A stretch of DNA of 64,000 nt from Hormiphora californensis (lineage: Eukaryota; Animalia; Ctenophora), in the NCBI GenBank assembly GCA_020137815.1, contig CM035354.1, forward strand, positions 2,294,001-2,358,000. Reading direction: 5' to 3'. The translations under genes and the position numbers were made by a program. The notes under the pieces were generated by a model. The model saw nothing but the letters and a program-made list of their open reading frames with translations, did no database searches and was not told the origin of the DNA. Positions 51,640 through 62,953 of this stretch are shown piece after piece (the first letter of the stretch is position 1; the number at the start of each line of letters is the position of its first letter).

Positions 51640-53873
51640 ACCTGTGAATTACGTAGAGAGAGTTGAAGGGAGACGGTGGTCTCAGTATGCTGTGACCGCT
51701 CACAGCACTCTTCAATGGCAGGGGTGGTATATCGTCCAAGAATGCACTTTCAGCTGACACATTCGCCAATACCACCCCTCGCGAACTATAGAAGAGTAGT
51801 GAGTAGAGATGGTTAGTGTGTTGTACTCACTTTCCTTTACATGGAAGGGGGAGTAAGTCCTGAATTGCATCATCCGCGATTCCATAACACCACGAAAATT
51901 AAAAGTAGTTGTTAGTCAATTGGTTTTAATCGTACCATGTTAGTGTAGAAGGGGTACCTTTGGCTTTATCAACAGTTTTGCGTCGGAAAGAGCGACAGTT
52001 GATGTGTATTTTAAATAATTATTAATTAATTAATTATTTCACACCTACGAAGTAAGATGGAAGAAGATGCCTCATCGATAATATCCAGGAAGAGATCACA
52101 AATATTAAGTTGTAGGAGATAACCGTGGTTAATTGGGTTGTAGCTAAAGTTCGCCAAGTTAGCTGCTATCTGTAACCTTGTATCTTCATCTGTGGAACCC
52201 GAAAATTCTGTTACCAGCGCCTGGAATAGGGGTGGTGGTGTTAGGGGGATGGGAGGTGTTAGGGGCCGGGGTGGGGGTGTTAGGGGCCGGGGTGGGAGGT
52301 GTTAGGAGGGGTGTGTGGAGGTGTCAGGGGGGTCGCGGGTTAGGATTAGGAACTGACAATGGTGTAGGTTAGCAAGTAGAGGGAACATATGTGGTTTTAT
52401 GGGGTAGAGAAAAGTGAACATAATCAATAACAAGTTCAAAACCATATTTAAAAAACGGGTGCAATGATTTTAATATTATTTACACGGCTAAACTATTTTA
52501 GCAAAACTCTAAAATCATACGTGAAAATTGAAAAACAGTCTCAAATTATGTTATACAGGTATACAGTAGGTTATCATTTCACTCAGTAATAACTTCAGCC
52601 AAGGTCCTTTCTTGGTAAATGGTAGGGTCCCTGTTCCCCCAAACATCCAATTAGAATTGCCACTCAAGGTCCTTTTACGGTAGGCCTCCAAATATTGTTT
52701 CAATTAGAATTCCCATTCAAATCTGACCTCCCTCTTCTCCGGCAGGTGAGTCCACTCCACCAGCCTACATCTATTATGGATATCCACTGATATCATAGTG
52801 CTGGATACAGTTCCACTCTCCCACTCCCCTACCATATAACCCTCGTTAAAAAGGTGCCTAAATGACCCATGCAACCCAGTGTCACCAACTGGTATTTCAG
52901 TGGTGTCACCCAGTAGAAACCCAAATACTAATTCCTCTAATCGTTTATCCCGTTCCGAGATAGCCCCGAAATCTAGTCCATCGAACTTTTTTAGCATCTC
53001 GATGAAACGAGTCTGACCGTACACTGCTCGAGGGTTGGTAAATGATGAAGTAGGGGGCAGGTTACCTAGAACTGTTACCGCCTCGTTCGATAGGGGTGTG
53101 AGTGTACTGGAGTGATAATCATAAACAGAGAAAGAAGGCTGATCTCCCGTCAGTTCACCCATGACAAGATTAAAACAGTTAAAGTTGGATTCCAACCCGA
53201 TACTCTCCTCTACATATGTGGATGGGGTTGTGGTGGTATTTAGAAACCCAGGCACCAGACCACCCCGGGGCGCCTTGTTGGGATCATGGACTATTCCAGC
53301 GGTCCTGCTGTGTACATTTAGTAGGGCCCCGAACCGGCCAGATACGGTATCCAGACCGAGCCATGTCCCATTCGAGACACCCCTCCCTGAGGCATCCGTC
53401 CCGCCAATAATAGTGCTGTGATCCCACCGGTGGGCTGGTAGGGTGGTTCGGGATTTAACTTCGTCGCGGTTAAAGGCAATCAGTGCTTTCAGGCCGTGCG
53501 GTAGTTGGGGTGAACTTGCTAGGAATATTATACACATGGCTAGAGAGGGAGGGTGATGAAATATATGGCTAGAGAGGGGAGGGAGGAATATTATACACAT
53601 GGCTAGAGAGGGGAGGGGATTATACACATGGCTAGAGAGGGGAGGGGATTAAATATGGGGGGGGGGGGAGGAAATATGGGGAGGGGAAGGGAGGTGACGA
53701 AATAGGGGGAGGCCGGAGGGTGATTAAATATGGGGGAGGTAGTAGAGGGACTTTTGCTACTTCACAAGAGGTGGAGGGGATTAAAAAACAGCAAGTATTG
53801 TCGTGCTAATTCTAACCTGCAAGTATTCGGGTCTATCAGGACGGGCCACTTTGTCCTTTTTACTTCTTTTCAT
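51640..53873 (-). CDS. ARMC7: Armadillo repeat-containing protein 7 (3' exons frame-disrupted or unresolved)
   Basis: Exon 1 53873-53817 (MKRSKKDKVARPDRPEYLQ) joins exon 2 52220-~52045 (ALVTEFSGS...QIAANLANFSYNPINHGYLLQLNICDLFLD), matching the ARMC7 YLQALVTEF...ANLANFAYDP.N motif. The FARGGI exon at ~51785-51642 has indels. Confidence 0.85.
52704..53537 (-). CDS. TANGO2: TANGO2/NRDE-family protein, intronless, inside ARMC7 intron 1
   Basis: Starts with the family N-terminus MCIIF, followed by NRDE...R.T.PA..W, GG.D....GTWLG, RFGALLN, RG.LV..FL, FNL and GTVSST. Confidence 0.9.
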   Translation of the reverse strand: MCIIFLASSPQLPHGLKALIAFNRDEVKSRTTLPAHRWDHSTIIGGTDASGRGVSNGTWLGLDTVSGRFGALLNVHSRTAGIVHDPNKAPRGGLVPGFLNTTTTPSTYVEESIGLESNFNCFNLVMGELTGDQPSFSVYDYHSSTLTPLSNEAVTVLGNLPPTSSFTNPRAVYGQTRFIEMLKKFDGLDFGAISERDKRLEELVFGFLLGDTTEIPVGDTGLHGSFRHLFNEGYMVGEWESGTVSSTMISVDIHNRCRLVEWTHLPEKREVRFEWEF

Positions 53874-54074
53874 CACTCTTCACATTGGCTAATAATTAGA
53901 AATAGTCATGTTACTGAGGCTTAGGAAGTGCAGGGGTGTTAGAATTTTATGAACATAGATCTGATTTCTGAACTGGTTAGTAGACATTGTTAGCAGATTG
54001 TAATACAGATGATCTAACGAATAGGAAAAGTTAAAACCTGAATAAATTAGTAATAAAAAGTCCCTGACTCTCTC

Positions 54075-56216
54075 TCATTTGATGGCATCTTTGGTCTTCT
54101 TTTTCTGTTTCAACATCTTGTGGATCAGCTCACTTGACTTTTCTCGTTTCTTTTGTAATTTCTGCTTCCTGTTCTTGCCGTTACCACCACCCCCACATGT
54201 CATTTCTACGTTCATCTTGCGACCCTCAAAGCTCGTGTGATGGTATAATAGGGCGTTCTGGAATGTGATGTTGTTAGTTCACCCAGGTGGTTTTAGAAGT
54301 TTAATTCTAAAGCACGGGGACGATCCAAAAAACCTTTATAGAATAGTTAAAGACGATTTCCCGAAGATAGTAAAGAAATATATCCGAGCTGCCAGGCTAT
54401 CTATTCAATAGAATGATGGTTCCTAGGTACAGGCACAGTAAATAAAACGAGGTGGGGGATAAAACGGGGTGGTGGGGGAAGATAAATCATACCAGCATTG
54501 CGGCAGAAGTTTTGTATTCCACGAACGCACACCCCTTTGGAGTATTATCATCCTTCGTCAGCAACCTGACAGCCATCAAATCACCTGGTGAGAGGAAGGG
54601 GTGTTGAGGGAGTGGGGTGTTGTTATAGATCCCCCTAGCTGTAGTGTGGAGTGTGGAATGTGGGGTTAGAGGGAGGGAGGGGTGTTGAGGGAGTGGGGTG
54701 TTGAGGGAGGGAGGGGTGTTGAGGGAGTGGGGGTGTTGTGGGAGTGGGGTGTTGAGGGAGTGGGGGTGTTGCGGGAGTGGGGGTGTTGAGGGAGTGGGGG
54801 TGTTGAGGGAGTGGGGGTGTTGTTATAGGCCCCTAGCTGTAGTGTGGAGTGTTGAGGGAGTGGGGGTGTTGTTATAGATCCCCCTAGCTGAGCTGAGTTA
54901 TCAAGATTAGGGGCGGATTGAAAAAAAGATAGTGCACGTGCTGCATTACACCATAGTTACACACCTCTCCCAGCACGTGCAATACTACAAGTCCCTCCAA
55001 TCAACTCCCCTCCTATCATGGAACACCTTACAAGGTGGTTGTTTGGCCTGCCTGTCTGCAATGAGATCTCTGATACATGCCTCATTCTGATCGGGTTCCT
55101 GACGTGGACCCTACTTGGTGTGACGTTTGCAGTCCACACCATTCACAAACATAAACTCAACACCGCCCAGGTAGGTTGAATAACTTAAATGTTTTTGTGA
55201 CAGCTTTTATATTTCATAATGACAGATTACATAGGGCTGCTCCTCTGGTGACGTCATGACGTGACATGTTGGGCAATAAAACCAGAATAACTAATTAGTA
55301 GACATGTAGCAATACTCGTTATTTGATTATTGACCTCCTGCCCCACCCCCAGAAAGAAAGAGATTGCCTAGCGATGGAGATAGTGAGACTCAGAACAGCC
55401 ACACTAGAGATGATTGACAGTGTCGTTGAAGACTCAGACTCTCTCCCTAACGAGTCCCAGACTATGCTAACTGATCAGATAGAGAACATGGGTGCCGGCC
55501 CTTCGTGGGCAGGGGATACACCTTCCATTGTATCTCCTGCACTAACAAAACTTGTACTAGAACATGGTCTACTGAGGGGCAGGGAGGAGGATGAAACTTA
55601 CCAACTTTCCCAAAATGTTTCTCAAGGTTCTCCTTTGTGACTGTATAGGGCAGGTTCCCTGGCAAGAGAGAGAGGAGGTTAGCACCTGCAGGGTACCCTT
55701 TTCAAGTTGGAAATTAATTCGGTGACACACTCCTACACCGAGATGTAAATCTTCGCAAAGGGGATACTTTTTTACTGTTGAGTGCGTGTCTTCTAGAAGA
55801 CAATTTGGTGATATATTGTACTTACCAACAAATAAAATAAATCGTGCTTTTGTTTTCTTGGAGGTGTCAGCTGCTTCCGGTTGGGTCACTGGCTGTTCTT
55901 CTTTCTCCTCCTCTGGGATTTTCTCTTTAGGGATCTTAATCTTCGTCTTTTTTGGTCCTGATACAGAGATTGGTAATGAAATTACCCCTCCGCAAAAGCT
56001 CACGGAACAATATAATAACAGGGGTGACTTTGTAACCAAATACAGAGAGACCGTTTACAGTATTATAAAGCTATTGTACAATCTGGGCGGCCCAAAGATG
56101 AAATAATCATAAACTACGACCAACAAACAGTTACCTGACTGAGTGTGTGATTTCTTGTTAAAAAGACTCTGATTTTTTCTCACAAAACCTCCAGGCTTCC
56201 TCTCCTTCTTGGCCAT
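54075..56216 (-). CDS. Nucleolar single-RRM protein, Nop6-like, 5 exons
   Basis: Exons 56216-56135, 55957-55826, 55658-55602, 54584-54493, 54257-54075. Features: Lys-rich N-terminus, RFILFVGNLPY (RNP2), KGCAFVEY (RNP1), and ALLYHHT.FEGRKMNVEMTCGGGGN resembling fungal Nop6. Confidence 0.85.
54595..54890. repeat. G-rich minisatellite (GGGTGTTGAGGGAGTGG)n in Nop6-like intron 3
   Basis: About 10 degenerate tandem units. Confidence 0.8.
55018..55640 (+). CDS. Putative two-exon orphan single-pass membrane protein antisense to Nop6-like
   Basis: Exons 55018-55170 and 55353-55640 (CAG|GTAGGT...CCCCAG|) join in frame to 146 aa, with TM segment CLILIGFLTWTLLGVTFAV. Confidence 0.55.
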
Positions 56217-56981
56217 GCTAAAATGGAGGGTTTTCAATGAGTTAGATCCAGTTCAGCAAAAGGAGCTGAGTATGGTTTTCTCTAGATCCCCCCATCCCTA
56301 TGATAAACACTTTCTGATAAAAACAACAGTTTTTAGTTAGACAGAAAAAGCAGGTTATGATATAACTTCCATAACATATAATATTAATCGTTTTGTTATA
56401 TTTAACCTGGCAGCTCAACCTACAACAAACACAGGCGGACCCTGATTTACCAGCTGCGTGCCTGATATGTATTATCATTGAATTATCAGAACGAATAAAT
56501 GATCCCAATAATCAATATAGGAATCTAACAATCAAATTCGTTTCCCCCGAGCATCCTGGTAAAGTGGGGTCCGACTGTATTAATTTAAATGAATCCCTTT
56601 ACTACTTACATCAGCAGCAGTCAACATAAAAACAAAAAGTACAGTACTCAGCACTAAACGAAATCCTAATCAAAAATAGCCCCCTTTCGGGTTTTGTGAA
56701 ACAGGGCCCACCCCCTATCATGAGCTGTCTGGCGCCGCGACCCATCTGAGCGCACTCAAATGGGGTATGGCGCCGCCATACAGATCATGAGAGATGTTGA
56801 GGTTAGGAAGATCATGTCGAGTTCTTCTTCCACAAAATGAGGGCTATTTTTGATTGAGGTTTCTTAAAAACAACAATAATTCTGATACAGAGAAGAATGG
56901 AAAAATGTTTTATTGTTTTTGTTTACCAAGAAAGTATCCTTCTTTTATTATGATTATGGATTGGAGCGGGAGAAGGAGTGT

Positions 56982-57076
<95 letters not shown>

Positions 57077-57078
<2 letters not shown>

Positions 57079-58323
57079 TGAACTGAACTGAACTGAAGAA
57101 ATATAAAGTTGGACAAATACAATGGAAATGAACCACTCAATAAACACAAAACACACTTGTCCGGCCCCATGCGAAGAGATACAAGTACCTCCACAAGCTT
57201 GTAGGGCACACAGTGAGAATGTGACTATGAGTGGGTAGTGAGGGTGAATGAGGTGGAATGTGAGGGTGAGAATGATGGAATGTGGCGATATCACACACAT
57301 TCTATGACCCCTCTCCGTATCACATATTGCTTGGTTGGATTGTCTGCTTTCAACTTCTTAAAAATCTCAACTGTTCTCTTTCTCTCCACTCTCTCCTCAA
57401 ACGTTCTATCTGGCGAAAGATAAATATCAGAAAAGTTCTCGGTCTCTCTCAACTCTTTAGCCTTCCTCAATAGAGTCACAACATTCTCTCTCGATGACAG
57501 TGTCGCCACAATTGGTCTCGCCTTGTCACTACTCTTCACGCCAATTCTCTTCACATCAGACAGCTTGAACTTCTCGTTTAGAGCCCCGACGATTTCCTCA
57601 ACACACTCTTGATCCACCTTCGCAGTTTCGGGTGTATCCTGTTCGCCATCCTCTTCATCAACGTTGTAGAAAATGATGTTTCTGCTCCTGTCAGTTTCCT
57701 CATCCTTCTTAGGCGGTTTTGCTGCTCGCTCGATCACTGCCTGCAACCTTGATGGTGCCATTGCCGCTGCACAGTTACTTGACACGACGGAGGAAAAAGA
57801 CTTCATCTCTCTCTCTACTGTTTGGGCCACAGCTTTGGCTGCACTCAGCTCCTTGTCTTGCAACTGGATCACTTTCTTTGCAACTGGATCACATCTTTCT
57901 GGTACGTTTGCAGCTCCTTCTCTAGCTCAGTAATCTTCACTAGCTTCTCATCATTAGTCATAATCACTCGTTGGTTGAACGTGTCCATAACAGGGAGACA
58001 CTGGTAGAAAAGAAGACGGGACATCTCTTCAAGCAACTCAAGCAACTTCTTTTTGTTCTGTTTCTCCATGCGAGGATCTCCACAAGTACCAAAAATGAGG
58101 TCTTTTTTCTCAATCTTGTACATAACACTATCATAAGACAAAGTGTGTCCTCCAACTGTCACTGAGAATTTGCTGGCAAGGTTGACAATCTCATCGGCAA
58201 TGAGTTGGGTTGGATCAGATGCAGAACCTTCACTTTCATTTTCACTCTCCATATCGGTTAAATCACAAAGAACGGTGTGCTACACAGACATACAACGAAA
58301 CAACCGTGATAGGAAGTAGAAGT

Positions 58324-58325
<2 letters not shown>
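57077..58325 (-). mobile_element. ORF1-only non-LTR retroelement (CR1/L2-type ORF1, frameshifted) inserted in (TC)n
   Basis: ORFs 58252-57869 and 57872-57291 encode a coiled coil plus RSRNIIFYNVDE...RIG...RPIVATL...IYLSPDRT.EER. A 20-nt duplication near 57860-57893 breaks the frame. The 3' tail is (TTCAG)n and GA microsatellites flank both sides. Confidence 0.75.
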
Positions 58326-58394
<69 letters not shown>

Positions 58395-58396
58395 TG

Positions 58397-60783
58397 TCAA
58401 TGAGCCTCGTTGGTGTGTTGTTGTAGAAGGTGGCGATGTGTAAACTCCTTGTGGCAAATCTGACAGAATATTCGCTGCACTGGAAGACGTTCAAAGTACT
58501 CAAAACAATACGCACACGAGTACGTTAGACCACCAACGAAGCGTAGCGTGTGATCACATACTTGATTAACTCCATCGGGTGCTCTTGCCCTGGTCTTGTC
58601 TGGCGAGAAGGGCAGGGAGACTGGGGGTGGGGCTCTAACCCTGGAATCTGCAGTAGAGCGGGTGTTCCCTGGTGAGAATGGGAGGGAGACTGGAACTGGG
58701 AGGGGTGGGGGAGGTGTGACTAGTGGCGGTATGTCACGGGAGGAAGATGATGTACAAGGGATGGTCGTGGACGGTGTCCCTGAGAACCGGAGATTTGCTA
58801 AAGAGAACTGTAAAGCAGGATTAATTCTTCTAACACTCCGTTGTTGGTCCAATCCGGACACTCTAGGTTTCATATCCTCTTCCTCTATCTTTGGTTCACT
58901 GGCTGGTGGTTGGGTGATGGGTTCCTCAAGTTTTGAACAGACAATCTGAGGTGGTGAGGGTGAGTTTTATAGGGTGAGCTTGTTGATGTCACCAAGCCAT
59001 GGCTGGCAAAACCGGTTTTGATCGATTTCTGTGGTCTGTCTTCTTCTCTCGCTGACTGTTCTGACGCGCGATCCCCATCTTATGGCGGTCATCGCGCGTT
59101 ACAACCAGTTAGCAGTGGGATGACCCAAAAGTGTGACCGTTACCCGAATTGTCACAACTGTTTAGTAAACTGACACGCCAATTATTTGAAATTCATACCT
59201 GGCTTTTACTGTTGAGTTGATGTACCAGGTTTTTAACCTTCTCACCCTCACTCGTCTTCCTGTAATAGGGAGAACATATTTTAAAGAAGTAGGATCTTTC
59301 TAGAGGAGTTATACGTGGTAAAATAACAGGCAAAACATTAAAGTGGTAATCCGTCATATTTGCCATCCGAATAAAACGTTGTCCACCACGCGGTCTACGA
59401 CGCAGTCCACTAACAATGGACCCATTTTTGTGCGTCTTGGACGTCGTGGAAGAATCTCGACGCCGAAATATATATGTATTTCAAATATATATGTATTTCA
59501 AATACACATGGCTATTTCAACTGAAATATATATGTATTTCAAATATATATGTATTTCAAATGCTAATGAGGGGGATGGACATGTGATACGATTCTGGGAC
59601 GCCTTATTAGCAGTGAGAGACAATACGGGATATGAACCATGTGATTCGGGGAAGCTTATTAGCAGCTGTAGGAGACGATACGAGATATGGAACATGATTC
59701 GGGGAAGCCAATCAAGAGTGTTAGACGATATGAGACACGATTCGGGGAAGGTTTCTATCGCTTTACATCCCTATGACCCTATCCACATCTCTGTCTCTCT
59801 CTTTCTTTCTTTATCTCCCTCTTTTTCTCTCACTTTCTCCAAGGGAGAAAGAGAAACATAGAGAAAGAGAGATACCCATAACTTTTTACCGAATGAGATA
59901 AGACACATTTGAAAGAGCTCAATGTCCTCTTTCCAACGCGCCCAAGATTTTGCAAATTGGTCAAGAAATGACTGAGTTATGGACAAAAACGTGGTTTTGC
60001 ACGTACGTTTTCTCTCAGATCTGGTTAACATTTACCGCCTACCTGACCATTAGTCCTTCAATGCCGCCACCTCCTTCCAATCCGGTTTCTCTAGCTAAAC
60101 CGACAATCTGCAAGAAACGACCGAGAGGCTAGGCGCCTACATCTACCTGCTAGGAAAGTGACGAAACCTATTTCCACGGAGCTCAACTGTCTTACCTCAT
60201 TCGGTAAAAAGTTATGGGTATCTCTCTTTCAGCTTTCTCCATGTTTCTCTTTCTCCCTTGGAGAAAGTGAGAGAGAGAGGGAGATAGAGAAAGAAAGAGA
60301 GACACAGCGACACAGAGATGTGGATAGGGTCATAGGGATGGAAAGCGATAGAAACCTTCCCCGAATCGTGTCTCATATCGTCTAACACTCTTGACTGGCT
60401 TCCCCGAATCATGGTCCATATCTCGTACCGTCTCCTACTGCTAATAAGCTTCCCCGAATCACATGGTTCATATCCCGTATTGTCTCTCACTGCTAATAAG
60501 GCGTCCCAGAATCGTATCACATGTCCATCCCCCTCATTAGCATTTGAAATACATATATATTTGAAATACATATATATTTCAGTTGAAATAGACATGTGTA
60601 TTTGAAATACATATATATTTGAAATACATATATATTTCGGTGTCGAGATTCTTCCGACCTGCCTAATTACTTACAGTTTGCATTTGGCACGGTATTTTGC
60701 GTTTCTGATATGTTTTCCAATCATTTTCCGGATGATAGAATCTACTTCATCGGTTCGTTTTAACTCCGGGAGAGACTGGTAGA
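58397..60783 (-). CDS. Putative nuclear protein with a C-terminal C2H2 finger (5' end unresolved)
   Basis: Phase-consistent exons 60783-60675, 59259-59199 and 58945-58397, ending CQICHKEFTHRHLLQQHTNEAH*. A candidate upstream exon lies at 61073-60996. Confidence 0.5.
59448..60656. mobile_element. Foldback element with ~480-bp inverted arms
   Basis: 59448-59930 is the reverse complement of ~60180-60656 (mirror ORFs ...NANEGDGHVIRFWDALL...). Confidence 0.85.
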
Positions 60784-61135
60784 CTGTTGGGGGGGGGGGG
60801 GGGCTGTTAGAAGAAGGAGTCGTCATTTCACTGGATATATCAAGCTCGGAATTATTCTGATGGGTCTTTGGTCACCTCATCTTAGCACAACAAACAAGTA
60901 ACAAACAAAGAAACAAATAAGTAATTTAAAGAAACAAAGAAACGAAGAAACAAAGAAACAGATAAGTAAAACAAACAAAGAAACAAAGAACGCACCAAAT
61001 ACTGAACCCTGTTGCTTGTGCCGTCCCGCATCCCCGAGGGCTTGAGAGATATGCAGTATTCACGAATCTTGTCCTAGTGGAGAGATAGAGAGAGAGAGGC
61101 GTGGGAGAGAAAGAAAGACGAGACTTCTTGATACA

Positions 61136-61335
61136 CTTTTTTTTCAAACGGCTATAGCCATGGAACCACATGGCCGATTTGAGTAAACTAAACGGTATCA
61201 GTTAGAGAATCGATAGCCCTAACCGATAACCCCAAACCAAACCCTAACCAGACCCTAACGGATAGCCCTAACCCGTCGCGCGCGCCAAAACTACGAATTG
61301 TTAGCAATGAAAGGCACCCAGATTTTAACGTTTTC
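61136..61335 (-). repeat. Interspersed repeat, inverted copy of ~42515-42715
   Basis: Near-identical reverse-complement sequence (shared ORF KTLKSGCLSLLTIRSFGARDGLGL...). Confidence 0.8.
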
Positions 61336-61833
61336 CGCCCGGCCCTGCAAAAAATATTTCGAAATGTGTCCAAATTTTTAAACAGTTTCTCCAAAAAAGT
61401 TCAAAAAAATGAAGAAGGGAAAATGATTGAAAAGCGCTGCCTTATCCCGCGGGGGCCAGCAACGTTTGCCATGGAAAATGAGCCAGCGTCAAAATCTGGG
61501 TGTTTCGTGAGTGCTAGGGTTAAGGTTTGGGTTGGGGCTTGGGTTGGGGTTAGGCCTTGACATTTCCTACCAGATAAACTTTGAGTTGGCGGTTAGAGCC
61601 ATTTTAGTGAATCAACTTTTTTGGCAGTGCGCACCTGTAAACAGGCCACCAAACACCCAGATCGTAACGGCGCCCGGGAAAATGTGTGCAGGTATATTCG
61701 TTTTCTAAAAAACGAATACACCCGCTGCCCGCACACGATTTCCAGTTCAAATCAAGTTAGCACTAATGTTGTTCAAATCCAGTTAGCACTAATGTTGTTC
61801 AACTCCAGTTAGCACTAATGAATCGGCAGGACT

Positions 61834-62953
61834 ATGGCACGGGAAGAGGATAAGGTTAGTTTTAAGCAACATTCAATACACAACGATAATTGTACCTGTC
61901 CACAACAATACAACTTCCTAGCCTCATTCCCTCATCCCTCACCCTCCCTCGACCCTCACCCCTCCCTCGACCCTCACCCTCCCTCACCTCTCCCTCACCC
62001 CTCACCCCACCCTCCCTCATCCCTCCCCTCCCTCCCTCATCCCTCCCTCACCCCTCCCTCCCTCGACCCTCCCTCGACCCTCACCTCTCCCTCACCCCTC
62101 CCTCATCCCTCACCCCTCCATCACCCCTCCCTCCCTCACCCTCGACCCTCAGTCCTCACCCTCGACCCTCACCCTCCCTCACCCCTCAGTCCTCCCTCCC
62201 TCACCCCTCTCCCTCCCCCAGGTGATATTGGCAAACAGGGCGTGTGAAGAGGGAGACTATGAAGAGGCCATCAGACTTTACAATCAATGTTTAGAACAAC
62301 ACACCTCCAGTAGCAATGCAGCCATGGTACTGTGCAACAGGAGCGCAGTTCATTTGTTATGTGGTGATACACAGCGAGCTTTGAATGATGCTGAGTCCTC
62401 TATACGACTCCAACCCTGCTGGAGCAAGGTATGTGACATGTGTGTACTGTGTGGAGCAAGCTGTGATCTTATAGTCTTTTTCTTAAATCCAGAATGTTCT
62501 CGATTTTGAATATAATGTTTTCAAGGTCGGCTGAATATTAGTAATATGTTATGATTGGATTATTTTGGATTATTTGGGATTCATTGTTTATCTTCCTGCA
62601 TTTTTTCCAACTCGAGTGATAGTTGATACTGTGAAAAGCTTGTTCTGTCATTACACATCGTTACTATAGCAACACACCTTCTCTGTCCCTCTCTTCTCCC
62701 TCTCTGTCTCTGAGTCACCCTAGTTTCCTACCTAATCTCTCTTTCTCCCTCTCTGTCTCTGAGTCACCCTAGTTTCCTACCTACAAACCTCTTTCTCTCT
62801 CTCAGGGGTATTTACGGAAGGGTCTAGCGTTGCAGCACCAGCATTCAACTATACCAAGTATCAAAACACTAGCTAAGGGGTTGTCAATAGACCCCTTCAA
62901 TGACCAGCTACTCTCTACTCTCGTCCAATCAATTACCATGACTCCACTACGAG
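61834..62953 (+). CDS. TTC28: Tetratricopeptide repeat protein 28-like, first three exons (continues)
   Basis: Exons 61834-61854, 62222-62428 and 62806-62953 give KVILANRACEEGDYEEAIRLYN...NRSA...ALNDA...LQPCWSKGYLRKGLALQ...GLSIDP.N.QLL..LV....TPLR, matching the TTC28 N-terminal TPRs. Confidence 0.78.

Noticed and set aside
53538-53627. 30-aa N-terminal extension of the TANGO2 ORF
   Set aside because: It comes from tandem copies of the acceptor/start region. The family starts at MCIIF (53537).
59343-60605. Mirror-image ORFs on both strands
   Set aside because: A by-product of the foldback element arms, with no domain similarity.
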